Shown: in pieces, positions 15,601-30,049 of the stretch
Layout: every line of letters begins with the position of its first letter
Numbering within the stretch: position 1 is the stretch's first letter
Source of the DNA: the human T2T-CHM13v2.0 reference genome, Homo sapiens
Length of the DNA: 64,000 nt
Reading direction: 5' to 3' (one strand)
Assembly (NCBI RefSeq): GCF_009914755.1
Contig: NC_060925.1
The notes under the pieces: generated by a model
Database searches by the model: none
Told to the model about the DNA's origin: nothing
The model's input: only the letters and a program-made list of their open reading frames with translations
Program-made: the position numbers and the translations under genes

Positions 15601-18600
15601 TGGAATCGAATGGAATCATCATCAAATGGAATCTAATGGAATCATTGAACAGAATTGAATGGAATCGTCATCGAATGAATTGAATGCAATCATCGAATGG
15701 TCTCGAATGGAATCATCTTCTAATGGAAAGGAATGGAATCATCGCATAGAATCGAATGGAATTATCATCGAATGGAATCGAATGGTATCAACACCAAACG
15801 GAAAAAAACGGAATTATCGAATGGAATCGAAGAGAATCTTCGAACGGACCCGAATGGAATCATCTAATGGAATGGATTGGAATAATCCATGAACTCGAAT
15901 GCAATCATCATCGAATGGAATCGAATGGAATCATCGAATGGACTCGAATGGAATAATCATTGAACGGAATCGAATGGAATCATCATCGGATGGAAACGAA
16001 TGGAATCATCATCGAATGGAAATGAAAGGAGTCATCATCTAATGGAATTGCATGGAATCATCATAAAATGGAATCGAATGGAATCAACATCAAATGGAAT
16101 CAAATGGAATCATTGAACGGAATTGAATGGAATCGTCATCGAATGAATTGAATGCAATCATCGAATGGTCTCGAATGGAATCATCTTCAAATGGAATGGA
16201 ATGGAATCATCGCATAGAATCGAATGGAATTATCATCGAATGGAATCGAATGGAATCAACATCAAACGGAAAAAAACGGAATTATCGAATGGAATCGAAG
16301 AGAATCATCGAATGGACCCGAATGGAATCATCTAATGGAATGGAATGGAATAATCCATGGACTCGAATGCAATCATCATCGAATGGAATCGAATGGAATC
16401 ATCGAATGGACTCGAATGGAATAATCATTGAACGGAATCGAATGGAATCATCATCGGATGGATATGAATGGAATCATCATCGAATGGAATCGAATAGAAT
16501 TATGGAATGAAATCCAGTGTGATCATCATCGAATGGACCCGAATGGAATCATCATCCAACGGAAGCTAATGGAATCAACATCGAATGAATCAAATGGAAA
16601 CACCATCGAATTGAAACGAATGGAATTATCATGAAATTGAAATGGATGGACTCATCATCGAATGGATTCGAATGGAATCATCGAATAAAATTGATTGAAA
16701 TCATCATCCAATGGAATCGAATGGTATCAGTGAATGGAATCGAATGGAATCATCATTACATGGAAATGAATGGAATCGTCATAGAATGGAATCGAATGGA
16801 TTCATTGAATGGAATCAGATGGAATCATCGAATGGACTGGAATGGAATCATTGAATGGACTCGAAAGGGATCATTATTGAATGGAATTGAATGGAATCAT
16901 CGAATGGTCTCGATTGGAATCATTATCAAATGGAATCGAATGGAATCACCGAATAGAATCGAATGGAACAATCATCGAATGGACTCAAATGGAATTATCC
17001 TCCAATGGAATCGAATGGAATTATCGAATGCAATCGAATGGAATTATCGAATGCAATCGAATAGAATCATCGAATGGACTCGAATGGAATCATCGAATGG
17101 AATGGAATGGAACAGTCAATGAACTCGAATGGAATCATCATTGAATGGAATCGAATGGAATCATCGAGTGGAATCGAATGGAATTATGATCAAATGGAAT
17201 CGAATGTAATCATCATCAAATGGAATCAAAAATAACCATCATCAATTGGTATTGAATGGAATTGTCATCAAATGGAATTCAAAGGAATCATCATCAAATG
17301 GAACCGAATGGAATCCTCATTGAATGGAAATGAAAGGGGTCATCATCTAATGGAATCGCATGGAATCATCATCAAATGGAATCGAATGGAATCATCATCA
17401 AATGGAATCTAATGGAATCATTGAACAGAATTGAATGGAATCGTCATCGAATGAATTGAATGCAATCATCGAATGGTCTCGAATGGAATCATCTTCTAAT
17501 GGAAAGGAATGGAATCATCGCATAGAATCGAATGGAATTATCATCGAATGGAATCGAATGGTATCAACACCAAACGGAAAAAAACGGAATTATCGAATGG
17601 AATCGAAGAGAATCTTCGAACGGACCCGAATGGAATCATCTAATGGAATGGAATGGAATAATCCATGGACTCGAATGCAATCATCATCGAATGGAATCGA
17701 ATGGAATCATCGAATGGACTCGAATGGAATAATCATTGAACGGAATCGAATGGAATCATCATCGGATGGAAACGAATGGAATCATCATCGAATGGAAATG
17801 AAAGGAGTCATCATCTAATGGAATTGCATGGAATCATCATAAAATGGAATCGAATGGAATCAACATCAAATGGAATCAAATGGAATCATTGAACGGAATT
17901 GAATGGAATCGTCATCGAATGAATTGAATGCAATCATCGAATGGTCTCGAATGGAATCATCTTCAAATGGAATGGAATGGAATCATCGCATAGAATCGAA
18001 TGGAATTATCATCGAATGGAATCGAATGGAATCAACATCAAACGGAAAAAAACGGAATTATCGAATGGAATCGAAGAGAATCATCGAATGGACCCGAATG
18101 GAATCATCTAATGGAATGGAATGGAATAATCCATGGACTCGAATGCAATCATCATCCAATGGAATCGAATGGAATCATCGAATGGACTCGAATGGAATAA
18201 TCATTGAACGGAATCGAATGGAATCATCATCGGATGGAAATGAATGGAATCATCATCGAATGGAATCGAATAGAATTATGGAATGAAATCCAGTGTGATC
18301 ATCATCGAATGGACCCGAATGGAATCATCATCCAACGGAAGCTAATGGAATCAACATCGAATGAATCGAATGGAAACACCATCGAATTGAAACGAATGGA
18401 ATTATCATGAAATTGAAATGGATGGACTCATCATCGAATGGATTCGAATGGAATCATCGAATAAAATTGATTGAAATCATCATCGAATGGAATCGAATGG
18501 TATCATTGAATGGAATCGAATGGAATCATCATCAGATGGAAATGAATGGAATCGTCATAGAATGGAATCGAATGGATTCATTGAATGGAATCAGATGGAA

Positions 18601-19932
18601 TCATCGAATGGACTGGAATGGAATCATTGAATGGACTCGAAAGGGATCATGATTGAATGGAATTGAATGGAATCATCGAATGGTCTCGATTGGAATCATT
18701 ATCAAATGGAATCGAATGGAATCACCGAATAGAATCGAATGGAACAATCATCGAATGGACTCAAATGGAATTATCCTCCAATGGAATCGAATGGAATTAT
18801 CGAATGCAATCGAATGGAATTATCGAATGCAATCGAATAGAATCATCGAATGGACTCGAATGGAATCATCGAATGGAATGGAATGGAACAGTCAATGAAC
18901 TCGAATGGAATCATCATTGAATGGAATCGAATGGAATCATCGAGTGGAATCGAATGGAATTATGATCAAATGGAATCGAATGTAATCATCATCAAATGGA
19001 ATCAAAAATAACCATCATCAATTGGTATTGAATGGAATTGTCATCAAATGGAATTCAAAGGAATCATCATCAAATGGAACCGAATGGAATCCTCATTGAA
19101 TGGAAATGAAAGGGGTCATCATCTAATGGAATCGCATGGAATCATCATCAAATGGAATCGAATGGAATCATCATCAAATGGAATCTAATGGAATCATTGA
19201 ACAGAATTGAATGGAATCGTCATCGAATGAATTGAATGCAATCATCGAATGGTCTCGAATGGAATCATCTTCTAATGGAAAGGAATGGAATCATCGCATA
19301 GAATCGAATGGAATTATCATCGAATGGAATCGAATGGTATCAACACCAAACGGAAAAAAACGGAATTATCGAATGGAATCGAAGAGAATCTTCGAACGGA
19401 CCCGAATGGAATCATCTAATGGAATGGATTGGAATAATCCATGAACTCGAATGCAATCATCATCGAATGGAATCGAATGGAATCATCGAATGGACTCGAA
19501 TGGAATAATCATTGAACGGAATCGAATGGAATCATCATCGGATGGAAACGAATGGAATCATCATCGAATGGAAATGAAAGGAGTCATCATCTAATGGAAT
19601 TGCATGGAATCATCATAAAATGGAATCGAATGGAATCAACATCAAATGGAATCAAATGGAATCATTGAACGGAATTGAATGGAATCGTCATCGAATGAAT
19701 TGAATGCAATCATCGAATGGTCTCGAATGGAATCATCTTCAAATGGAATGGAATGGAATCATCGCATAGAATCGAATGGAATTATCATCGAATGGAATCG
19801 AATGGAATCAACATCAAACGGAAAAAAACGGAATTATCGAATGGAATCGAAGAGAATCATCGAATGGACCCGAATGGAATCATCTAATGGAATGGAATGG
19901 AATAATCCATGGACTCGAATGCAATCATCATC
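12612..19932 (+). repeat. 3552-bp (two-unit) tandem duplication, ~2 copies
   Basis: Rare variants recur at exactly +3552: ggatatg (~12910/16462), tatcagtg (~13177/16729), cattacatgg (~13202/16754), ggattgg (~15875/19427). Boundaries are approximate, set by the nearest discordant SNPs. Confidence 0.88.
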
Positions 19933-22585
19933 CAATGGAATCGAATGGAATCATCGAATGGACTCGAATGGAATAATCATTGAATGGAATCGAATGGAAT
20001 CATCATCGGATGGAAATGAATGGAATCATCATCGAATGGAATCGAATAGAATTATGGAATGAAATCCAGTGTGATCATCATCGAATGGACCCGAATGGAA
20101 TCATCATCCAACGGAAGCTAATGGAATCAACATCGAATGAATCGAATGGAAACACCATCGAATTGAAACGAATGGAATTATCATGAAATTGAAATGGATG
20201 GACTCATCATCGAATGGATTCGAATGGAATCATCGAATAAAATTGATTGAAATCATCATCCAATGGAATCGAATGGTATCATTGAATGGAATCGAATGGA
20301 ATCATCATCAGATGGAAATGAATGGAATCGTCATAGAATGGAATCGAATGGATTCATTGAATGGAATCAGATGGAATCATCGAATGGACTGGAATGGAAT
20401 CATTGAATGGACTCGAAAGGGATCATTATTGAATGGAATTGAATGGAATCATCGAATGGTCTCGATTGGAATCATTATCAAATGGAATCGAATGGAATCA
20501 CCGAATAGAATCGAATGGAACAATCATCGAATGGACTCAAATGGAATTATCCTCCAATGGAATCGAATGGAATTATCGAATGCAATCGAATGGAATTATC
20601 GAATGCAATCGAATAGAATCATCGAATGGACTCGAATGGAATCATCAAATGGAATGGAATGGAACAGTCAATGAACTCGAATGGAATCATCATTGAATGG
20701 AATCGAATGGAATCATCGAGTGGAATCGAATGGAATTATGATCAAATGGAATCGAATGTAATCATCATCAAATGGAATCAAAAATAACCATCATCAATTG
20801 GTATTGAATGGAATTGTCATCAAATGGAATTCAAAGGAATCATCATCAAATGGAACCGAATGGAATCCTCATTGAATGGAAATGAAAGGGGTCATCATCT
20901 AATGGAATCGCATGGAATCATCATCAAATGGAATCGAATGGAATCATCATCAAATGGAATCTAATGGAATCATTGAACAGAATTGAATGGAATCGTCATC
21001 GAATGAATTGAATGCAATCATCGAATGGTCTCTAATGGAATCATCTTCTAATGGAAAGGAATGGAATCATCGCATAGAATCGAATGGAATTATCATCGAA
21101 TGGAATCGAATGGTATCAACACCAAACGGAAAAAAAACGGAATTATCGAATGGAATCGAAGAGAATCTTCGAACGGACCCGAATGGAATCATCTAATGGA
21201 ATGGAATGGAATAATCCATGAACTCGAATGCAATCATCATCGAATGGAATCGAATGGAATCATCGAATGGACTCGAATGGAATAATCATTGAACGGAATC
21301 GAATGGAATCATCATCGGATGGAAACGAATGGAATCATCATCGAATGGAAATGAAAGGAGTCATCATCTAATGGAATTGCATGGAATCATCATAAAATGG
21401 AATCGAATGGAATCAACATCAAATGGAATCAAATGGAATCATTGAACGGAATTGAATGGAATCGTCATCGAATGAATTGAATGCAATCATCGAATGGTCT
21501 CGAATGGAATCATCTTCAAATGGAATGGAATGGAATCATCGCATAGAATCGAATGGAATTATCATCGAATGGAATCGAATGGAATCAACATCAAACGGAA
21601 AAAAACGGAATTATCGAATGGAATCGAAGAGAATCATCGAATGGACCCGAATGGAATCATCTAATGGAATGGAATGGAATAATCCATGGACTCGAATGCA
21701 ATCATCATCCAATGGAATCGAATGGAATCATCGAATGGACTCGAATGGAATAATCATTGAACGGAATCGAATGGAATCATCATCGGATGGAAATGAATGG
21801 AATCATCATCGAATGGAATCGAATAGAATTATGGAATGAAATCCAGTGTGATCATCATCGAATGGACCCGAATGGAATCATCATCCAACGGAAGCTAATG
21901 GAATCAACATCGAATGAATCGAATGGAAACACCATCGAATTGAAACGAATGGAATTATCATGAAATTGAAATGGATGGACTCATCATCGAATGGATTCGA
22001 ATGGAATCATCGAATAAAATTGATTGAAATCATCATCCAATGGAATCGAATGGTATCATTGAATGGAATCGAATGGAATCATCATCAGATGGAAATGAAT
22101 GGAATCGTCATAGAATGGAATCGAATGGATTCATTGAATGGAATCAGATGGAATCATCGAATGGACTGGAATGGAATCATTGAATGGACTCGAAAGGGAT
22201 CATTATTGAATGGAATTGAATGGAATCATCGAATGGTCTCGATTGGAATCATTATCAAATGGAATCGAATGGAATCACCGAATAGAATCGAATGGAACAA
22301 TCATCGAATGGACTCAAATGGAATTATCCTCCAATGGAATCAAATGGAATTATCGAATGCAATCGAATGGAATTATCGAATGCAATCGAATAGAATCATC
22401 GAATGGACTCGAATGGAATCATCAAATGGAATGGAATGGAACAGTCAATGAACTCGAATGGAATCATCATTGAATGGAATCGAATGGAATCATCGAGTGG
22501 AATCGAATGGAATTATGATCAAATGGAATCGAATGTAATCATCATCAAATGGAATCAAAAATAACCATCATCAATTGGTATTGAA

Positions 22586-25500
22586 AGGAATTGTCATCAA
22601 ATGGAATTCAAAGGAATCATCATCAAATGGAACCGAATGGAATCCTCATTGAATGGAAATGAAAGGGGTCATCATCTAATGGAATCGCATGGAATCATCA
22701 TCAAATGGAATCGAATGGAATCATCATCAAATGGAATCTAATGGAATCATTGAACAGAATTGAATGGAATCGTCATCGAATGAATTGAATGCAATCATCG
22801 AATGGTCTCGAATGGAATCATCTTCTAATGGAAAGGAATGGAATCATCGCATAGAATCGAATGGAATTATCATCGAATGGAATCGAATGGTATCAACACC
22901 AAACGGAAAAAAACGGAATTATCGAATGGAATCGAAGAGAATCTTCGAACGGACCCGAATGGAATCATCTAATGGAATGGAATGGAATAATCCATGGACT
23001 CGAATGCAATCATCATCGAATGGAATCGAATGGAATCATCGAATGGACTCGAATGGAATAATCATTGAACGGAATCGAATGGAATCATCATCGGATGGAA
23101 ACGAATGGAATCATCATCGAATGGAAATGAAAGGAGTCATCACCTAATGGAATTGCATGGAATCATCATAAAATGGAATCGAATGGAATCAACATCAAAT
23201 GGAATCAAATGGAATCATTGAACGGAATTGAATGGAATCGTCATCGAATGAATTGAATGCAATCATCGAATGGTCTCGAATGGAATCATCTTCAAATGGA
23301 ATGGAATGGAATCATCGCATAGAATCGAATGGAATTATCATCGAATGGAATCGAATGGAATCAACATCAAACGGAAAAAAACGGAATTATCGAATGGAAT
23401 CGAAGAGAATCATCGAATGGACCCGAATGGAATCATCTAATGGAATGGAATGGAATAATCCATGGACTCGAATGCAATCATCATCGAATGGAATCGAATG
23501 GAATCATCGAATGGACTCGAATGGAATAATCATTGAACGGAATCGAATGGAATCATCATCGGATGGAAATGAATGGAATCATCATCGAATGGAATCGAAT
23601 AGAATTATGGAATGAAATCCAGTGTGATCATCATCGAATGGACCCGAATGGAATCATCATCCAACGGAAGCTAATGGAATCAACATCGAATGAATCAAAT
23701 GGAAACACCACCGAATTGAAACGAATGGAATTACCATGAAATTGAAATGGATGGACTCATCATCGAATGGATTCGAATGGAATCATCGAATAAAATTGAT
23801 TGAAATCATCATCGAATGGAATCGAATGGTATCATTGAATGGAATCGAATGGAATCATCATCAGATGGAAATGAATGGAATCGTCATAGAATGGAATCGA
23901 ATGGATTCATTGAATGGAATCAGATGGAATCATCGAATGGACTGGAATGGAATCATTGAATGGACTCGAAAGGGATCATGATTGAATGGAATTGAATGGA
24001 ATCATCGAATGGTCTCGATTGGAATCATTATCAAATGGAATCGAATGGAATCACCGAATAGAATCGAATGGAACAATCATCGAATGGACTCAAATGGAAT
24101 TATCCTCCAATGGAATCGAATGGAATTATCAAATGCAATCGAATGGAATTATCGAATGCAATCGAATAGAATCATCGAATGGACTCGAATGGAATCATCG
24201 AATGGAATGGAATGGAACAGTCAATGAACTCGAATGGAATCATCATTGAATGGAATCGAATGGAATCATCGAGTGGAATCGAATGGAATTATGATCAAAT
24301 GGAATCGAATGTTATCATCATCAAATGGAATCAAAAATAAACATCATCAATTGGTATTGAATGGAATTGTCATCAAATGGAATTCAAAGGAATCATCATC
24401 AAATGGAACCGAATGGAATCCTCATTGAATGGAAATGAAAGGGGTCATCATCTAATGGAATCGCATGGAATCATCATCAAATGGAATCGAATGGAATCAT
24501 CATCAAATGGAATCTAATGGAATCATTGAACAGAATTGAATGGAATCGTCATCGAATGAATTGAATGCAATCATCGAATGGTCTCGAATGGAATCATCTT
24601 CTAATGGAAAGGAATGGAATCATCGCATAGAATCGAATGGAATTATCATCGAATGGAATCGAATGGTATCAACACCAAACGGAAAAAAAACGGAATTATC
24701 GAATGGAATCGAAGAGAATCTTCGAACGGACCCGAATGGAATCATCTAATGGAATGGAATGGAATAATCCATGAACTCGAATGCAATCATCATCGAATGG
24801 AATCGAATGGAATCATCGAATGGACTCGAATGGAATAATCATTGAACGGAATCGAATGGAATCATCATCGGATGGAAACGAATGGAATCATCATCGAATG
24901 GAAATGAAAGGAGTCATCATCTAATGGAATTGCATGGAATCATCATAAAATGGAATCGAATGGAATCAACATCAAATGGAATCAAATGGAATCATTGAAC
25001 GGAATTGAATGGAATCGTCATCGAATGAATTGACTGCAATCATCCAATGGTCTCGAATGGAATCATCTTCAAATGGAATGGAATGGAATCATCGCATAGA
25101 ATCGAATGGAATTATCATCGAATGGAATCGAATGGAATCAACATCAAACGGAAAAAAACGGAATTAGCGAATGGAATCGAAGAGAATCATCGAATGGACC
25201 CGAATGGAATCATCTAATGGAATGGAATGGAATAATCCATGGACTCGAATGCAATCATCATCGAATGGAATCGAATGGAATCATCGAATGGACTCGAATG
25301 GAATAATCATTGAACGGAATCGAATGGAATCATCATCGGATGGATATGAATGGAATCATCATCGAATGGAATCGAATAGAATTATGGAATGAAATCCAGT
25401 GTGATCATCATCGAATGGACCCGAATGGAATCATCATCCAACGGAAGCTAATGGAATCAACATCGAATGAATCAAATGGAAACACCATCGAATTGAAACG

Positions 25501-28500
25501 AATGGAATTATCATGAAATTGAAATGGATGGACTCATCATCGAATGGATTCGAATGGAATCATCGAATAAAATTGATTGAAATCATCATCCAATGGAATC
25601 GAATGGTATCATTGAATGGAATCGAATGGAATCATCATCAGATGGAAATGAATGGAATCGTCATAGAATGGAATCGAATGGATTCATTGAATGGAATCAG
25701 ATGGAATCATCGAATGGACTGGAATGGAATCATTGAATGGACTCGAAAGGGATCATTATTGAATGGAATTGAATGGAATCATCGAATGGTCTCGATTGGA
25801 ATCATTATCAAATGGAATCGAATGGAATCACCGAATAGAATCGAATGGAACAATCATCGAATGGACTCAAATGGAATTATCCTCCAATGGAATCGAATGG
25901 AATTATCGAATGCAATCGAATGGAATTATCGAATGCAATCGAATAGAATCATCGAATGGACTCGAATGGAATCATCGAATGGAATGGAATGGAACAGTCA
26001 ATGAACTCGAATGGAATCATCATTGAATGGAATCGAATGGAATCATCGAGTGGAATCGAATGGAATTATGATCAAATGGAATCGAATGTAATCATCATCA
26101 AATGGAATCAAAAATAACCATCATCAATTGGTATTGAATGGAATTGTCATCAAATGGAATTCAAAGGAATCATCATCAAATGGAACCGAATGGAATCCTC
26201 ATTGAATGGAAATGAAAGGGGTCATCATCTAATGGAATCGCATGGAATCATCATCAAATGGAATCGAATGGAATCATCATCAAATGGAATCTAATGGAAT
26301 CATTGAACAGAATTGAATGGAATCGTCATCGAATGAATTGAATGCAATCATCGAATGGTCTCGAATGGAATCATCTTCTAATGGAAAGGAATGGAATCAT
26401 CGCATAGAATCGAATGGAATTATCATCGAATGGAATCGAATGGTATCAACACCAAACGGAAAAAAACGGAATTATCGAATGGAATCGAAGAGAATCTTCG
26501 AACGGACCCGAATGGAATCATCTAATGGAATGGAATGGAATAATCCATGGACTCGAATGCAATCATCATCGAATGGAATCGAATGGAATCATCGAATGGA
26601 CTCGAATGGAATAATCATTGAACGGAATCGAATGGAATCATCATCGGATGGAAACGAATGGAATCATCATCGAATGGAAATGAAAGGAGTCATCACCTAA
26701 TGGAATTGCATGGAATCATCATAAAATGGAATCGAATGGAATCAACATCAAATGGAATCAAATGGAATCATTGAACGGAATTGAATGGAATCGTCATCGA
26801 ATGAATTGAATGCAATCATCGAATGGTCTCGAATGGAATCATCTTCAAATGGAATGGAATGGAATCATCGCATAGAATCGAATGGAATTATCATCGAATG
26901 GAATCGAATGGAATCAACATCAAACGGAAAAATACGGAATTATCGAATGGAATCGAAGAGAATCATCGAATGGACCCGAATGGAATCATCTAATGGAATG
27001 GAATGGAATAATCCATGGACTCGAATGCAATCATCATCGAATGGAATCGAATGGAATCATCGAATGGACTCGAATGGAATAATCATTGAACGGAATCGAA
27101 TGGAATCATCATCGGATGGAAATGAATGGAATCATCATCGAATGGAATCGAATAGAATTATGGAATGAAATCCAGTGTGATCATCATCGAATGGACCCGA
27201 ATGGAATCATCATCCAACGGAAGCTAATGGAATCAACATCGAATGAATCAAATGGAAACACCACCGAATTGAAACGAATGGAATTACCATGAAATTGAAA
27301 TGGATGGACTCATCATCGAATGGATTCGAATGGAATCATCGAATAAAATTGATTGAAATCATCATCGAATGGAATCGAATGGTATCATTGAATGGAATCG
27401 AATGGAATCATCATCAGATGGAAATGAATGGAATCGTCATAGAATGGAATCGAATGGATTCATTGAATGGAATCAGATGGAATCATCGAATGGACTGGAA
27501 TGGAATCATTGAATGGACTCGAAAGGGATCATGATTGAATGGAATTGAATGGAATCATCGAATGGTCTCGATTGGAATCATTATCAAATGGAATCGAATG
27601 GAATCACCGAATAGAATCGAATGGAACAATCATCGAATGGACTCAAATGGAATTATCCTCCAATGGAATCGAATGGAATTATCAAATGCAATCGAATGGA
27701 ATTATCGAATGCAATCGAATAGAATCATCGAATGGACTCGAATGGAATCATCGAATGGAATGGAATGGAACAGTCAATGAACTCGAATGGAATCATCATT
27801 GAATGGAATCGAATGGAATCATCGAGTGGAATCGAATGGAATTATGATCAAATGGAATCGAATGTTATCATCATCAAATGGAATCAAAAATAAACATCAT
27901 CAATTGGTATTGAATGGAATTGTCATCAAATGGAATTCAAAGGAATCATCATCAAATGGAACCGAATGGAATCCTCATTGAATGGAAATGAAAGGGGTCA
28001 TCATCTAATGGAATCGCATGGAATCATCATCAAATGGAATCGAATGGAATCATCATCAAATGGAATCTAATGGAATCATTGAACAGAATTGAATGGAATC
28101 GTCATCGAATGAATTGAATGCAATCATCGAATGGTCTCGAATGGAATCATCTTCTAATGGAAAGGAATGGAATCATCGCATAGAATCGAATGGAATTATC
28201 ATCGAATGGAATCGAATGGTATCAACACCAAACGGAAAAAAAACGGAATTATCGAATGGAATCGAAGAGAATCTTCGAACGGACCCGAATGGAATCATCT
28301 AATGGAATGGAATGGAATAATCCATGAACTCGAATGCAATCATCATCGAATGGAATCGAATGGAATCATCGAATGGACTCGAATGGAATAATCATTGAAC
28401 GGAATCGAATGGAATCATCATCGGATGGAAACGAATGGAATCATCATCGAATGGAAATGAAAGGAGTCATCATCTAATGGAATTGCATGGAATCATCATA

Positions 28501-28715
28501 AAATGGAATCGAATGGAATCAACATCAAATGGAATCAAATGGAATCATTGAACGGAATTGAATGGAATCGTCATCGAATGAATTGACTGCAATCATCCAA
28601 TGGTCTCGAATGGAATCATCTTCAAATGGAATGGAATGGAATCATCGCATAGAATCGAATGGAATTATCATCGAATGGAATCGAATGGAATCAACATCAA
28701 ACGGAAAAAAACGGA
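22586..28715 (+). repeat. Partial duplication at 3553-bp offset (~22.6-25.2 kb matches ~26.1-28.7 kb)
   Basis: Shared at +3553: catcaccta (~23141/26694), caccaccg and ttacc, aataaacat (~24337/27890), A8 tract (24683/28236), gactgcaatcatcca (~25032/28585). Confidence 0.8.
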
Positions 28716-30049
28716 ATTATCGAATGGAATCGAAGAGAATCATCGAATGGACCCGAATGGAATCATCTAATGGAATGGAATTGAATAATCGATGGACTCG
28801 AATGCAATCATCATCGAATGGAATCGAATGGAATCATCGAATGGACTCGAATGGAATAATCATTGAACGGAATCGAATGAAATCATCATCGGATGGAAAT
28901 GAATGGAATCATCATCGAATGGAATCGAATAGAATTATGGAATGAAACCCAGTGTGATCATCATCGAATGGACCCGAATGGAATCATCATCCAACGGAAG
29001 CTAATGGAATCAACATCGAATGAATCGAATGGAAACACCATCGAATTGAAACGAATGGAATTATCATGAAATTGAAATGGATGGACTCATCATCGAATGG
29101 ATTCGAATGGAATCATCGAATAAAATTGATTGAAATCATCATCCAATGGAATCGAATGGTATCATTGAATGGAATCGAATGGAATCATCATCAGATGGAA
29201 ATGAATGGAATCGTCATAGAATGGAATCGAATGGATTCATTGAATGGAATCAGATGGAATCATCGAATGGACTGGAATGGAATCATTGAATGGACTCGAA
29301 AGGGATCATTATTGAATGGAATTGAATGGAATCATCGAATGGTCTCGATTCAATCATTATCAAGTGGAATCGAATGGAATCACCGAATAGAATCGAATGG
29401 AACAATCATCGAATGGACTCAAATGGAATTATCCTCCAATGGAATCGAATGGAATTATCGAATGCAATCGAATGGAATTATCGAATGCAATCGAATAGAA
29501 TCATCGAATGGACTCGAATGGAATCATCGAATGGAATGGAATGGAACAGTCAATGAACTCGAATGGAATCATCATTGAATGGAATCGAATGGAATCATCG
29601 AGTGGAATCGAATGGAATTATGATCAAATGGAATCGAATGTAATCATCATCAAATGGAATCAAAAATAACCATCATCAATTGGTATTGAATGGAATTGTC
29701 ATCAAATGGAATTCAAAGGAATCATCATCAAATGGAACCGAATGGAATCCTCATTGAATGGAAATGAAAGGGGTCATCATCTAATGGAATCGCAGGGAAT
29801 CAACATCAAATGGAATCGAATGGAATCATCATCAAATGGAATCTAATGGAATCATTGAACAGAATTGAATGGAATCGTCATCGAATGAATTGAATGCAAT
29901 CTTCGAATGGTCTCGAATGGAATCATCTTCTAATGGAAAGGAATGGAATCATCGCATAGAATCGAATGGAATTATCATCGAATGGAATCGAATGGTATCA
30001 ACACCAAACGGAAAAAAACGGAATTATCGAATGGAATCGAAGAGAATCT

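Larger units (their letters stand above)
141..28561 (+). repeat. Homogeneous domain: 16 tandem copies of the 1776/1777-bp unit (1.77-kb D1Z1/chr1q12-type HSat2A unit)
   Basis: Equivalent positions recur at 141, 1917, 3693, 5470, 7246, 9022, 10798, 12575, 14351, 16127, 17903, 19679, 21456, 23232, 25009, 26785 and 28562. There is a single GAATTC per unit (e.g. 1289-1294). The match to the 1.77-kb EcoRI satellite of 1q12 comes from established knowledge, not from alignment. Confidence 0.92.
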
